Shown: piece by piece, positions 49,364 to 60,101 of the stretch
How the letters are laid out: each line of letters begins with the position of its first letter
How positions within the stretch are numbered: the first letter of the stretch is position 1
Assembly: GCA_963806645.1 (NCBI GenBank)
Contig: CAWDYQ010000005.1
Location: 79,778 to 143,777 of the forward strand
Reading direction: 5' to 3'
Source of the DNA: Candidatus Bathyarchaeota archaeon
Lineage (GTDB): Archaea; Thermoproteota; Bathyarchaeia; Bathyarchaeales; Bathyarchaeaceae
DNA: 64,000 nt
Position numbers and translations under genes: made by a program
Notes under the pieces: model-generated
The model's input: the letters and a program-made list of their open reading frames with translations, nothing else
Database searches by the model: none
Told to the model about the DNA's origin: nothing

Positions 49364-50025
49364 ATGCACATACCCGACGGTTTCCTGAGCCTATCAATAT
49401 GCATAGTAATGTACGTAATATCCCTAGGGTTCCTGTTCTGGTCATGGAAAAAAACAAAAAATTCCTACTCTAGCTCGATGACTCCCCTGTTAGCTGTTTC
49501 TAGCGCTTTCGTTTTTGCAGCTCAGATGATAAACTTTCCAATCCTTTATGGCACAAGCGGACATCTGGTAGGTGGAACTTTTCTATCTGTTCTTCTTGGA
49601 CCTTATGCTGCAATATTAAGCATGACAATCGTTGTGATAATGCAAGCACTGTTTTTTGCTGACGGTGGCATCTTTACCTTTGGTGCAAACGTTTTAACAT
49701 GGCAATCATCGGAGGGCTCAGTTTCTTTTTAGTTAAAGCTTTAACTCATGAATCCAAAAGTAATAGCCGGTTTTTCTTTAGTGTCTTTGTGTCTTCTTGG
49801 ATTTCTATGGTGCTTGGGGCCTTAGCTTGCGGTTTGCAAATAGGATTTTCTCCATTATTCTCAGCGGCAGGAGGAATTGTTGTTACAGTCCCTACTATGG
49901 TTTTTTGGCATATTTTAATTGGTTTTGGTGAGGCTATAATTACGGCAACTTTGCTTACTCAACTAAAGCGAATGCCATCCACTGTCTTATCCTCTTTTAC
50001 AACTCTTCGAGGTGGACTTGATTGA
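49364..50025 (+). CDS. cbiM: CbiM/NikM-type Co/Ni ECF transporter substrate component, one frame break near 49700
   Basis: MHIPDGFLS N-terminus, GTSGHLVGG, and polytopic membrane topology. ORFs 49364..49732 and 49699..50025 overlap in different frames. Confidence 0.8.
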
Positions 50026-50297
50026 ATAATTATGTTAAAGCCTTAATTGTCATACTTGTTTGTATGGCCGTTTTGATACCATTTGCTTCAAGTGATCCTG
50101 ATGGACTAGAACGGGTAGCAGAAGACCTTGGTGTAGAAGAAACGGAATCACCATCTGGAGGTCTAATGCCGGACTACACTGTTCCTATGGTTAAAAACGA
50201 TTACGGCTCAACACTTATTGCCGGAGTTATTGGTGTCTTTCTGGTTTTAGGAGCCGGTTTAGTGCTTGGAAAAACACTAACAAAGCATGACAATTAA
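50022..50297 (+). CDS. PDGLE-domain membrane protein (CbiN/NikN-like partner of CbiM)
   Basis: TM helix, then SSDPDGLERVAEDLG (PDGLE motif), then a C-terminal TM helix. The start overlaps the cbiM stop. Confidence 0.65.
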   Translation: MNNYVKALIVILVCMAVLIPFASSDPDGLERVAEDLGVEETESPSGGLMPDYTVPMVKNDYGSTLIAGVIGVFLVLGAGLVLGKTLTKHDN

Positions 50298-50365
50298 TTC
50301 CAAGCATCTTTAGGTGTTGCGAAAAAGTTATAGCACAATATTTTGTTCTAAAACTGTGAATAAAA

Positions 50366-50630
50366 ATGAAGCCAACTGTAAGAAAACCCACCAAATACGA
50401 ACAGAATGAAGCCGAATCATGGCCAATCTGGGAAAAAGAAGAATCAGAGTTTCCTTGGGAATATTTTGATCAAGAAACTTGCCTGATCTTAGAAGGAAAA
50501 GCTGTTGTAAAAACTTCCGAAAGAAACTATCGAATTTGGAGCAGGCGATTACGTTGTGTTTCCTGAAGGTCTTAAATGCACTTGGGAAATAAAGAAAAAA
50601 ATTAAAAAACACTACAAGTTTGGAGAATAA
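50366..50630 (+). CDS. small cupin (DUF861/cupin_3-like), one frame break near 50520
   Basis: ...WPIWEKEESEFPWEYFDQETCLILEGKAVVKT..., then after a shift GAGDYVVFPEGLKCTWEIKKKIKKHYKFGE*. Confidence 0.55.
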
Positions 50631-50785
50631 GTTATAAAAAGTATGTGCGAATTCTAATACTTTTTTCTTTTAAAAAATATTTTTTAGAAAATAACCTAAT
50701 TCTGAGTTCCCCAAAATTTAAGCAAATAATAATTTTGGAGATAAAGGTTTTATGATTTGTGTGATAACGGTTAGTTGTGGAAATT

Positions 50786-51193
50786 ATGACTAAGATTGTT
50801 CGAGTGGGTGTCACTTTTCCTCCAGAACTGCTGAACGATCTGGATGAAATCATTCAAGAGATTGGTTATGACAGCCGATCAAAGGCTATTCAGGATGCTG
50901 TTACATCTTTTGTTACAGAGCAAAGACTCCTTCATAGAGAGAAGGGAAAAAAGGCTGGTGTATTGGTAATGGTATATGATCATGATGTAAAAGGCCTAGA
51001 AGACGATCTTATTGAGTCACAGCATCATCATCGAAAAGTAATAAATTCGGTTCTGCACGTACACCTTAGCGATAGAGAATGTCTTGAAGCGATTGCAGTC
51101 AAGGGTGATGCCGAAGACATAAGAAAACTTACCCAGGAACTGACAACAAGGAAAGGCGTAAAACAGGTCAGATCAACTATCGTTAGCTCTTGA
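50786..51193 (+). CDS. nikR: nickel-responsive regulator NikR (ribbon-helix-helix plus ACT-like metal domain)
   Basis: MTKIVRVGVTFPPELLNDLDEIIQEIGYDSRSKAIQDAV (RHH), then SQHHHRKVINSVLHVHLSDRECLEAIAVKGD (His/Cys nickel site pattern). Confidence 0.8.
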   Translation: MTKIVRVGVTFPPELLNDLDEIIQEIGYDSRSKAIQDAVTSFVTEQRLLHREKGKKAGVLVMVYDHDVKGLEDDLIESQHHHRKVINSVLHVHLSDRECLEAIAVKGDAEDIRKLTQELTTRKGVKQVRSTIVSS

Positions 51194-51282
51194 AGCATTT
51201 TTTTATATTTCTTTTATTGGCCACTCCAATTCTTCATTCTGGAGACCCAATCGATTTTTAACAACTTATCAGGAAAATGTTC

Positions 51283-52131
51283 TTACGTTTTTTCCTTATT
51301 TTGAATATATTTCTTTATTTTGTCTACTATCTGGGCGAAGGCTTTTGAGGCAGGAGAATCAGGATTTTCTATAATAAAGGGATGCCCCTTATCAGAAGCT
51401 TCACAAATTCGAGGATCGATAGGTATTCTTCCCAAAAACGGGACCGAATGTTTCTCAGCAACTCTTTGGCCGCCTCCAGTCTTGAAGATTTGAGTTTCGG
51501 TACTGCATGTGGGGCAAATAAACCCGCTCATATTTTCAACTATTCCAATAATTGGAACATTCAGTTGTTTAGAGAATGTGATCGCTTTTTCTACAACATT
51601 TTGAGAAACCTCTGAAGGAATTGTGACTATTACAACGCCGTCTAATTCTGGGAGAAGTTTCATGACACTCAAAGGTTCATCTCCTGTTCCTGGAGGTAAA
51701 TCTATGAAAAGAAAATCCAACTCCCCCCAAACGATGTCAGTTAAGAACTGTTGGATTGCTCTCATTTTTAGGGGTCCACGCCAAACTACTGGAACCTCTG
51801 GTCCATCAAGTACAAATACCATCGATACAACCTTTAAACCCAGAGGACCCAACGCAGGAAAGGCTCCCACTGGCCCAACCCGAAGTTTTTGTTGCTCCAT
51901 ACCCAGCATCTTTGGAACGCAAGGACCATGAAGGTCTGCGTCTAAAAGTCCAACACGGTTTTCGTGACCTTGCAATGCAAATGATATGGCTAAATTAACT
52001 GCTGTAAGAGTTTTTCCAACGCCTCCTTTGCCGCTGATGATCGCGATTTTATGTTTAATCTTTTTCATTCTTATTTTAAGAACAGACTGCTCATCTAGAT
52101 CATTGGTGGTATTTTCATTTGCTTGCATCAA
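51283..52131 (-). CDS. Mrp/NBP35/ApbC-family Fe-S cluster carrier ATPase
   Basis: ISGKGGVGKT deviant Walker A, DLPPGTGD, ENMSGFICPTC (CxxC). Confidence 0.9.
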   Translation of the reverse strand: MMQANENTTNDLDEQSVLKIRMKKIKHKIAIISGKGGVGKTLTAVNLAISFALQGHENRVGLLDADLHGPCVPKMLGMEQQKLRVGPVGAFPALGPLGLKVVSMVFVLDGPEVPVVWRGPLKMRAIQQFLTDIVWGELDFLFIDLPPGTGDEPLSVMKLLPELDGVVIVTIPSEVSQNVVEKAITFSKQLNVPIIGIVENMSGFICPTCSTETQIFKTGGGQRVAEKHSVPFLGRIPIDPRICEASDKGHPFIIENPDSPASKAFAQIVDKIKKYIQNKEKT

Positions 52132-52256
52132 ATCATCTCAAAAAGTTGTTTCTAATATGTTGGGATTGTTGTTTAGGTTTAATAATGATTTCTTTTTTTG
52201 TGATAAAAGAACTTAAGTTACCAAACTACTTTACCCGTCGAGAAAGTGACTGAAAA

Positions 52257-52965
52257 ATGGACATAAAGGGATTTATCGACGTTAGTTTCGTTGACTGGGA
52301 TTCCAAAATTACCTCAGTTATCTTCCTCCCAAATTGCAACTTTCGTTGTCCCTTTTGTCACAACGTAAATCTTGTTCTTAATCCTGAAAAACTAGAAACA
52401 ATACCAATGACATATCTGGATGATCAACTCGAACAACAGAAAAATTGGATTGACGGAATATGCATTACAGGCGGAGAACCAACCCTCCACAAAGATCTAC
52501 CTGAACTGTGTACTCTATTAAAGAAAAAAGGATTCTTAATCAAACTGGATACAAACGGTACTAATCCATCCTATGCTAAGGGAGCTTATTGCGAGAAGCC
52601 TCATAGATTATGTGGCCATGGACATCAAGGCACCACTTACTGACAAGAAATATTCCAAAGCAACTGGAGTTAATACAGAGAAAATGTTAAAAAATGTAAA
52701 GGAAAGCATAAAACTTTTGATAGAATCCAATATAGACTATGAATTCAGAACCACAGTTGTTCCTACGCTCCATGACGAAGAGGACATAAAACAGATATGT
52801 CACAGCTTGAAAGGATGCCAAAAATATATTTTACAGAAGTTTGATGTCAGCATTGGAAAAACAACTATAAATCCTGACTTGATATCAAAATCGTTTAGCG
52901 AAGAAGAAATGCAAAATTTTTTAGTTTCAGCTCAGGAAATAATTCCAAACACTAAACTTAGGTAA
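52257..52965 (+). CDS. radical SAM activating enzyme (anaerobic RNR activase / PflA-like), one frame break near 52590
   Basis: GFIDVSFVDWDSKITSVIFLPNCNFRCPFCHN, GICITGGEPTL and KLDTNGTNP. The C-terminal half continues in the overlapping ORF 52573..52965. Confidence 0.75.
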
Positions 52966-53021
52966 AATAAGCATTTTTGGAACTAAAACCTTTTTAGAGC
53001 TCGAAATGGTATATGAAAGGG

Positions 53022-53141
53022 GCTCTCACCAAAGCCTGTACCACGCCACCCTTGAATGGATAAATTTTGGATATCTCATTATGAGATTATTCAGGTTTTG
53101 GGATTTACGCGTGCAGAGCAGGTCTCCTTTTCGGTGAGAGC
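53022..53141 (+). ncRNA. candidate structured RNA or palindromic element (120-nt GC-rich rod-like hairpin)
   Basis: A GC-rich island in AT-rich intergenic DNA. Nested pairings: GCUCUCACC(53022-30)/GGUGAGAGC(53133-41); GCCUG(53034-38)/CAGGU(53119-23); CACGC(53042-46)/GCGUG(53109-13); CUUGAAU(53051-57)/AUUCAGG(53089-95); apical AUCUC/GAGAU. G-U pairs occur only if the + strand is read. Class unknown. Confidence 0.35.
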
Positions 53142-53600
53142 ATTAACTACTATCAATAACTTAGACTAAAGGTTTGAACACAAAAACGATTATATCTACA
53201 CTGGAAATAGTCCTGATTTTTAACAAGGTTACTTTTTTCTACCTACAGAACTTAGTTGTGAAATAAATCTCCAGATATTATGCATACCCTACAAATCGGT
53301 AAAATCTATTTAAAAACAAACATCCTGAGAAATCGATTAAATATACACGATCAGATATTCAAAACCAAATTTCATCAAAAAGAAATTGGTTTACGAAAAA
53401 AGAAAACCTTGCTAAAATTCCGAAATGTCGAATCTACCAGATATCTTCTTGAATTGTTTTTTGGAAAACAATAACCGATAATCTGATGAACGAAACGATC
53501 CTTCAATATTAAATCAAAAGAAGTAGTTGTGACCGCGATTTTTTCATAAGTCATTACTACTACATTCTTGAATTTTTTGTATTTGTTATTATTAGAAAAT

Positions 53601-53654
53601 ATTAGAAGTTGTTGAACATGGAAAATTCAGCAACGGTCAACAACAACTTCTAAT
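53601..53654. repeat. perfect 14-bp inverted repeat with a 26-nt spacer
   Basis: ATTAGAAGTTGTTG (53601-53614) and CAACAACTTCTAAT (53641-53654) are exact reverse complements. Intergenic. Confidence 0.6.
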
Positions 53655-53869
53655 ACTAAATCAATAAATTCCAGCTGGTTTGTCCTTAATCAACAAAGAG
53701 ACTGTTTAGATTCAAAAACACGCATATTAACTGAAAAGTTGGTTTGTAGGTAATTAAAATTTGGGTTAGAAAAAATTGAAACCATGCCAAGATTAAGGAA
53801 ATGGCTGTTTGTATTAACAGTGGTGAAATTGCCACATCTCCCGTAAAATTCCCCCCTTTTTTTAGTAAT

Positions 53870-56800
53870 TTACGTAAAGCAGATCGGGTTTCTTATGTAG
53901 TCTTGATTTCTAAGTTTCTTAACCAGTATTGACTTTTTGCAATCTAATGGGTCATCACTTTGTGTTATGTTGATTTCTCCATCAAACAGATTAATGACTG
54001 CTTTTGATTGATCTGGAGGGTGCATCTCTGGATCCATGACTGCCAACATAGTAAATCCTTTAGATCCCAAATCTGTAATCAATTCTGAAATCCATTTACA
54101 AGTTGCTTTAGCTTCATAATCCAATATAACATTAGAAACAGTTCCAATACAAATCCGCTTCTTCTTTGATGGATCTATACTTCGATAAGCTTTAGCTAAT
54201 GAAATAGAAAGATTTGTGAGATCAGTTTTACTTCTAAGCTTGAAGATGTTTGGTAATTCAGGAACTTGAGTTTTAGGTTTAGGATTACACAAGAACAAAT
54301 AGAAATTGGGATTATCTAGCAGATTTTCTAAACCATCTGCTTCTGTAGAAACATAGAATACTATTTCATTTTCATTAATTCCAGCTTCTAAGAAAGTTCT
54401 TAACAATATATTCTCTTTCATCACTTGGAGAACCAGTCAAAACAACGGCATAAGCTTTAGGAATACCACCTAATAGAAGTGAATCAAGTTCTGGGGTTCC
54501 AGTAGAAATTCGGTTAGAAAGAACAACCTCTTCAACGTTTATTTTAATAGATTTCAATTGAATAGATCTGCTCTGTCCCCGTTCATCTAAGTAATGAACC
54601 TTAGGTTTAAGCTGATATTCTCCTTTCTTTGAAGGTTGAAGAACAAGCTTCACTTCTACCAACTTGAGAGGAGCAAGCTGTTTCCCCTTCATTTTTAAAC
54701 AAGTATCTTCTATTCGGTAAATTTCAGGTTTCTTTACCACAACAAAGTCTGAAGGAACAAAATCATCCACGCTCATCAATAAGGCAGGTTCTCTACCAGC
54801 ATTAACAAACTCAACAGACAAACAGAAGGATTCACCAACCTTAACTTCTTTAACCGTAGTAACTAAATTAGCTTGGACATTTGCATGTTCAAACCTTTCT
54901 AAACCAACTGAGACTTCATTTGTTGGAGATGGTGCTGAAAACGATAAAGTACTTGAAGCTATTGTAGGTGCTTGCATCACCTGACTTAAAGATATAGCTA
55001 ATGTTTTTTCTTCTCTAACATTAACCAAAATTTCTTGCACCTGAGCTGTCTTTTCTGGTTGCTTAGCTTTCATAAATGAGCCAGCAGCAATCTGCAACAA
55101 ATTCTCAGCCATCTGATACTGCTTAGCCTTTTTCTCAGGATCAATCTCGCTTTCAGCCTGATTCATAAAAACATAAGCATCAAACAAACGAAGAGTAGCC
55201 TTAGCATACTCTGAAGCATTCTTAAATCCAGCTTGAAGGTAGCTGGTAGCAGCATCCTTAATGTATTGCTTAGCTAATGCATTTTCCTTTAAATCCATAC
55301 TAGTTTTATACTTTAAGCCCGAAGCTAATCCTCTACAAAAATTGCTGTTACCTAAAACCCAAAGACTGGCCTTTTTTGTGAAGCAGTGTTCTTTTGCTTG
55401 CTCAAAAAGTTCTGCAGCTTCTAGATAGGATTCAGAGGAGGTAGTTTCTTCTGCATTTGCCATCTTCTCCCAAGCCTGGCACAGAATCGCAATATATTTT
55501 AGTTCTTTACGTTCAGCCTCAACTTCTATCATATCAATTATTTCGGAGATACTTTGTGTTGCTTCTCTATATTTTCTTGAGCTAAGCAGATACTTGCCTT
55601 CTCTGTCTAACAGTTTTGCTTCTTCCATAAAGATACGTGCTTCACAGTATTTCCGTCTAACTTCAGAAGCTCCGAATAAATTCTGGATTATTTCCTTTTC
55701 ATCTGCAGAGGTGATTTGGGGCATTTTTTGTTTGATTGATTCTTGGGCTTTGCTAAACTGTTCGGATGCTTTTTGGAATGCTTGTTTTGCCTGTTGAGTG
55801 TTCTCTTTTCTGCTAAGTCCTTCTGCCTCTTCCATATGTGACCAAGCAAAATAATTGGATGCTAAATAACTCCAAGAATCTGTTGATTCATGAAGCTTAG
55901 CAGCCTGTTCAAAGTGTTTTTGAGACTCTTCGTAATCCCCAATGGAGTGAAAATATCTGGCTTGCTCGATTTTACTCCAAGCTTCCATATAAAAAAAATG
56001 TTCTCCGAAGAAGTCTTTGAGTTGTGAAATTTTTTTGGAGGCAAGGTCATATGCTTGCGATGCCAATTCATAACTTGTTGAGGCTTCCTGAAACTCACTA
56101 GCCTTATGTTGAAGTTGAGCTAGTTGCCAATATGACTCAGCCACATGCGTGGGCAATTCTGCTTTCCTAAAATAGGCTGATGCTTGCTTGTAGGCTTCCA
56201 ATGCTTTATGCAAACTTACTTGGTCTTGGGTTACGGAGAAAAATTGCTTTTGAATTCCTCCAAGCTGATGGTAGTATCGTCCGAAATTTAGATATGAGCC
56301 AGCAGTGAACTGCAGTTTTGGTGTTCTATTCATAAATTCGATACTCCTCTCAATTGAAGCATTTGCCTGATTTAGCGATTTGATCTTCTCAGTACGACAT
56401 GTTTCTGTTTTAGCAAGTTCCTTTTGTATCATCGCTAACTGACTGAAGTTAGCAGCAAAGAAAGAAAATGTAGCCTTACTCATTTCCTCTAAATACTTCA
56501 AATTATTCTTAATAGCAAATTGAGCTTTGTTGAGCAACTTTCTTTTTTCATCAATTTCGTTATTAGATACTGCAAGTTCCCATAAAACGTCGCTCAAAAC
56601 GACAGTAATTCGGTCATAATAATATTTCCAACCTTGAAAACGTTCTCTTTCCTTCTCAATTAGTTCTAATGCTCTTTCAAGAATTGCCTTTTTTGTTCTT
56701 GGATTAGTTTCATATTCTGCAAGACTATGAAGTCCATTACAAAAGAAATGAAGAGAATTATAAACACCTGGAGTGTTGTTGATTATTTGATAGTTATTTC

Positions 56801-57875
56801 CAGCTTCTCGGCTTATTCTTATGGCGTTCTTACAATACTCCTTTTGTATATTGGGATCTTCTTCAATCCAGGCCCTATTCAGAATTAACCAACTTTTCGA
56901 ATTTTTTCCATTACTTGTTAATAGATTATCGCGAGTAATTCTTCCATATTCTATAGTTTTCTCACAAAACTCCATTTGTAAGATGGGATTTGGAACAACA
57001 AACCTTGAGTTAGCAAAACTTACTGCAAAGGCTGACCAACCGATTAACCAAGCCTCATTAATCTGCTGAGCTAGTTCTAAAGCCTTACATGAGTAGTTTC
57101 GACTCTTCTCATTTAATTGCTTGAGTTTTTCTTTAGATTCAAATATCCAATTACTAAAAATGTAATACAAACTGGCAAAACAGTAAGCTCTTGCAAGCTC
57201 GAAGTCATCATCCAACTTCAAAAATATAGCTATTGCTTTTTCAGCGAGAGCTATACATTCTTTATAGATAGCGCTAAATTCAGAATGTGACGAAACAAGG
57301 GTAAATCGATCATGCCAAAACGTGCAATTTTCAATTAGATTATTGCATGTTTTGCCCACAGAATACATGTCACCAATTTGTTCATAAGCTTCTAGCACTT
57401 GATTTTCGAGATTCCACCACTTAGTAAGGAGATGCTTTTTTTGTGATGGGTATCTCTCAATCAAAGATTGTGTAAAGAAAACCATAGCATTAGCATGGTT
57501 AATTCTTGTCTGATAATTCTCTTCATTTATCTCAAGAAGTTCGGATTCTTTTTCATAAGCTTGTGTGGCCTGTTTCATGTGTTTTTGATATTCATTATTG
57601 CTTTGTGTTTGAAATGCAGCCTTATAGTAACAAAAACCAATGTTTTCTTGTATTTCAGCTGCTTTAAGTGCATTCTTATTTTTTATTAACAAATCGATTG
57701 CTTTTTTGTAATATTTTATTGCTTGAAACCATTCATACTTTTTCTCTAACTCTTTTGCTTTCGTTTGAAGAGACTCCAAGTTCCCGTCCTGCAAAGATAT
57801 CAACAGACAATTATTATTAGTGTAGCATTGAAATAATTTGTTACAACGTTTGTTGTGGGAAAATGCTATATTCAT
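53870..57875 (-). CDS. giant TPR-like repeat protein with a beta-sandwich domain and a degenerate KaiC/RecA-like C-terminal domain; one frame break near 54400
   Basis: The 1166-aa ORF contains about 950 aa of helical Ala/Tyr/Lys/Glu repeats (TPR-like). It is followed by VKVGESFCLSVEFVNAGREPALL... (CARDB/Ig-like) and ISTGTPELDSLLLGGIPKAYAVVLTGSPSDERE (KaiC-type N-terminus without GKT). It continues after a shift in ORF 53870..54424 (ILLRTFLEAGINENEIVFYVS...). Confidence 0.75.
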
Positions 57876-57913
57876 TTTTCAACGAAGGTTATTAAGCTTA
57901 GGAGAGAGACACT

Positions 57914-59215
57914 GTGTTCGATTGTGAGGCCTTAACTAAGGTTCAATCGATTATCCTGATTACATTAATTGTTATTGCTGGAGTAGCTGCTTACATCCTT
58001 TTAAGGGGAAACGAATCATCAGAGAACACAATTAATATTGGTTTTCTTGCTGATTTGGATGCTTTAAGGGGGAAGAAGGATTGGCAATGGACAATTCTGG
58101 CTGCTGAACAAATTAATGATGAAGGGGGATTATTAGGAAGAAAACTGGAGATAATCGCTGTAGACCATGATTTAGAGAGTGGTGCAGACATGAATGCGGT
58201 CAGTTCTGCGATGACTAGACTAATAACTTATCATGATGTAGATTTTATTTTAGGATTTGTACTTGGCGATTCTGCAATGGTGTGCCAAGATATTGCTTCT
58301 CTTCACAAAAAAGTTTTCATTGCTTATCCTGGAGCTACAGATAATTTTACTCAACGAGTTTTGGATGACTATGAAAATTATAAGTATAGTTTCAACATCA
58401 TATTTAACACTACATCAACGTTCATTGGTATGACAGACAATCTCCTAGTTTTAAGGGAGGATACGGGATTCAATAAAGTTGGCTATTTAGGTGAAGATTT
58501 GGGAATTACGCACGCGATAGCAGCTGGGCTAGAAAACTTTTTGCTAAAAAATGGTTTTGAGCTTGTATACAAAGGAAAGTTTCCATTAGGGACTGTCGAT
58601 TTTTCAAGTTATTTTGCTGCTGCTGAACAAGCAGGAGTAGAAATTTTGCTGCCCTTAATTGGACTAGATGGAGGTATACCATTCATTAAGGAATATTATG
58701 ATCGCCAATCACCAATGGTTGTTTATGGGGGAGTACTTACAAGAGCATCAGATCCAGAAGCGTGGGAGGCAACAGACGGAAAATGTGAACACGTCAGTAC
58801 TGGCAGTCTTGCTATGAATGCAAAATATTCTTTGACAAGTAAGACTTTACCGGCAAGAGAAGCATACATCGCTAAATGGGGAGAACCCCCGGGATCACCC
58901 GCTGCCTTTGACGCAGTTCGCTATATTTTGGCTGATGCGATTAAGCGAGCTGGTACGATTGAAACAGAAGCGGTTATCAAAGCTTTAGAAGAAACCAGTA
59001 TAGAAACCACCTCTGCAAGAAATTTTGTTTTTACAGAATCTCATTCTGTAATGATGGGAGAGAATCCTAATGATCCAAATGCTGACTATATGTTGGCTTT
59101 GATTTTCCAATGGCAAAACGGAGAGCTAATCCCTGTTTACCCAAAAAAGATCATGGAAGAAGCTGGAGCAACCTACACTTTTCCTGATTGGTCTGGTCCA
59201 TGGGATGAACAATAA
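57914..59215 (+). CDS. membrane-anchored periplasmic-binding-protein type I domain protein (LivK / branched-chain amino acid binding-like)
   Basis: AGGAGAGAG SD and GTG start, with an N-terminal TM anchor. INIGFLADLDALRGK...AAEQINDEGGLLGRKLEIIAVD... follows the Peripla_BP_6 pattern. No permease or ATPase genes are adjacent. Confidence 0.8.
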   Translation: MFDCEALTKVQSIILITLIVIAGVAAYILLRGNESSENTINIGFLADLDALRGKKDWQWTILAAEQINDEGGLLGRKLEIIAVDHDLESGADMNAVSSAMTRLITYHDVDFILGFVLGDSAMVCQDIASLHKKVFIAYPGATDNFTQRVLDDYENYKYSFNIIFNTTSTFIGMTDNLLVLREDTGFNKVGYLGEDLGITHAIAAGLENFLLKNGFELVYKGKFPLGTVDFSSYFAAAEQAGVEILLPLIGLDGGIPFIKEYYDRQSPMVVYGGVLTRASDPEAWEATDGKCEHVSTGSLAMNAKYSLTSKTLPAREAYIAKWGEPPGSPAAFDAVRYILADAIKRAGTIETEAVIKALEETSIETTSARNFVFTESHSVMMGENPNDPNADYMLALIFQWQNGELIPVYPKKIMEEAGATYTFPDWSGPWDEQ

Positions 59216-59303
59216 ATAATGAAGATTATGTAATAGAATAAAGATTTCAGGTTGACTACCGAAGAAATTAAATTTTTAAACCAGTAAAATAAAAAAGATC
59301 AAC

Positions 59304-59615
59304 ATGAATCATTCTGGGAAAAAACATCGAGTTTGTCCTTGTGAAAGTTGCATCTACGAGTTTGAATTAATTGAAGGAGAACAACTTAAAGGGTTAATTT
59401 CTTCTAGTTGCGAAATCGACATTTACTTTGTTAACAATTCAAATTTCTCTGCTTGGCTATCTGGACAAAGTTTTAATCATGAATGCTGTAAAGAGTCTGT
59501 TTCCTATGCAGAAATACATTATTCTGCTTCAAAAGAAGGAACATGGTATCTGCTAATAGAAAATAATGGAAAAAAAACAGCCAACATTGAGATTATGTTA
59601 AATGTTTCAAGTTAG
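59304..59615 (+). CDS. small beta-sandwich protein, DUF1883-like
   Basis: YEFELIEGEQLKGLISSSCEIDIYFVNNSNFSAWLSGQSF...EGTWYLLIENNGKKTANIEIMLNV parallels the DUF1883 pattern as I recall it. Confidence 0.5.
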   Translation: MNHSGKKHRVCPCESCIYEFELIEGEQLKGLISSSCEIDIYFVNNSNFSAWLSGQSFNHECCKESVSYAEIHYSASKEGTWYLLIENNGKKTANIEIMLNVSS

Positions 59616-60002
59616 CTATTCATTAAATTTTTTCATCAGAAAGATGTTTCCTTGTCCATCTCGGGCACCAACACCTTGTGTGTCAAGTGCAGCAACCGTT
59701 TTTTTTGAGGGATAAAGGGTTGCGAATGTATAAACTCCAGAATCACAAGCGTAAACCACCAAAATGTCTGAGTTAAGTTGTGGTTTTTTAGCCAAATCAA
59801 GGTTACATGCCATAGGAATCAGTGCTGTATCAACTACATCATATCCATCAGCCTTTAGTCTTTCAGCTATTTCATCCATCTTTTCTTTACCTCCTGTTTC
59901 ACACGCACGGGCACAAGAATTACAGGAAATAATGCCAATTTTTTTCCATTTTTTCAGCATACCCTTGACGATTCCATATGGTTTGCAACTTGTAACAATC
60001 AT
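59616..60002 (-). CDS. hypothetical Cys-containing protein
   Basis: 128-aa track ORF with SCNSCARACETGG and YACDSG motifs. Family not recognised. Confidence 0.5.
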   Translation of the reverse strand: MIVTSCKPYGIVKGMLKKWKKIGIISCNSCARACETGGKEKMDEIAERLKADGYDVVDTALIPMACNLDLAKKPQLNSDILVVYACDSGVYTFATLYPSKKTVAALDTQGVGARDGQGNIFLMKKFNE

Positions 60003-60101
60003 AAAATCCCTTTAAGTATTCTGAGTCATTTTTCTATAAAATATTTATCCCCATTAATAACTAGGATTCTAAATAAAATAAACCAGGATAGTTATCCTGA
60101 T

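Noticed and set aside
53022-53141. I tried to classify the GC-rich hairpin as tRNA (with or without an intron), H/ACA sRNA, C/D sRNA, SRP RNA or RNase P RNA.
   Set aside because: There is no D or T arm (no GG or UUCGA loops). No ACA/ANA box sits at the right distance after the basal stem, and the 5' pocket strand is only 3 nt. There are no RUGAUGA/CUGA boxes and no SRP or RNase P signature sequences. It stays a class-unknown candidate.
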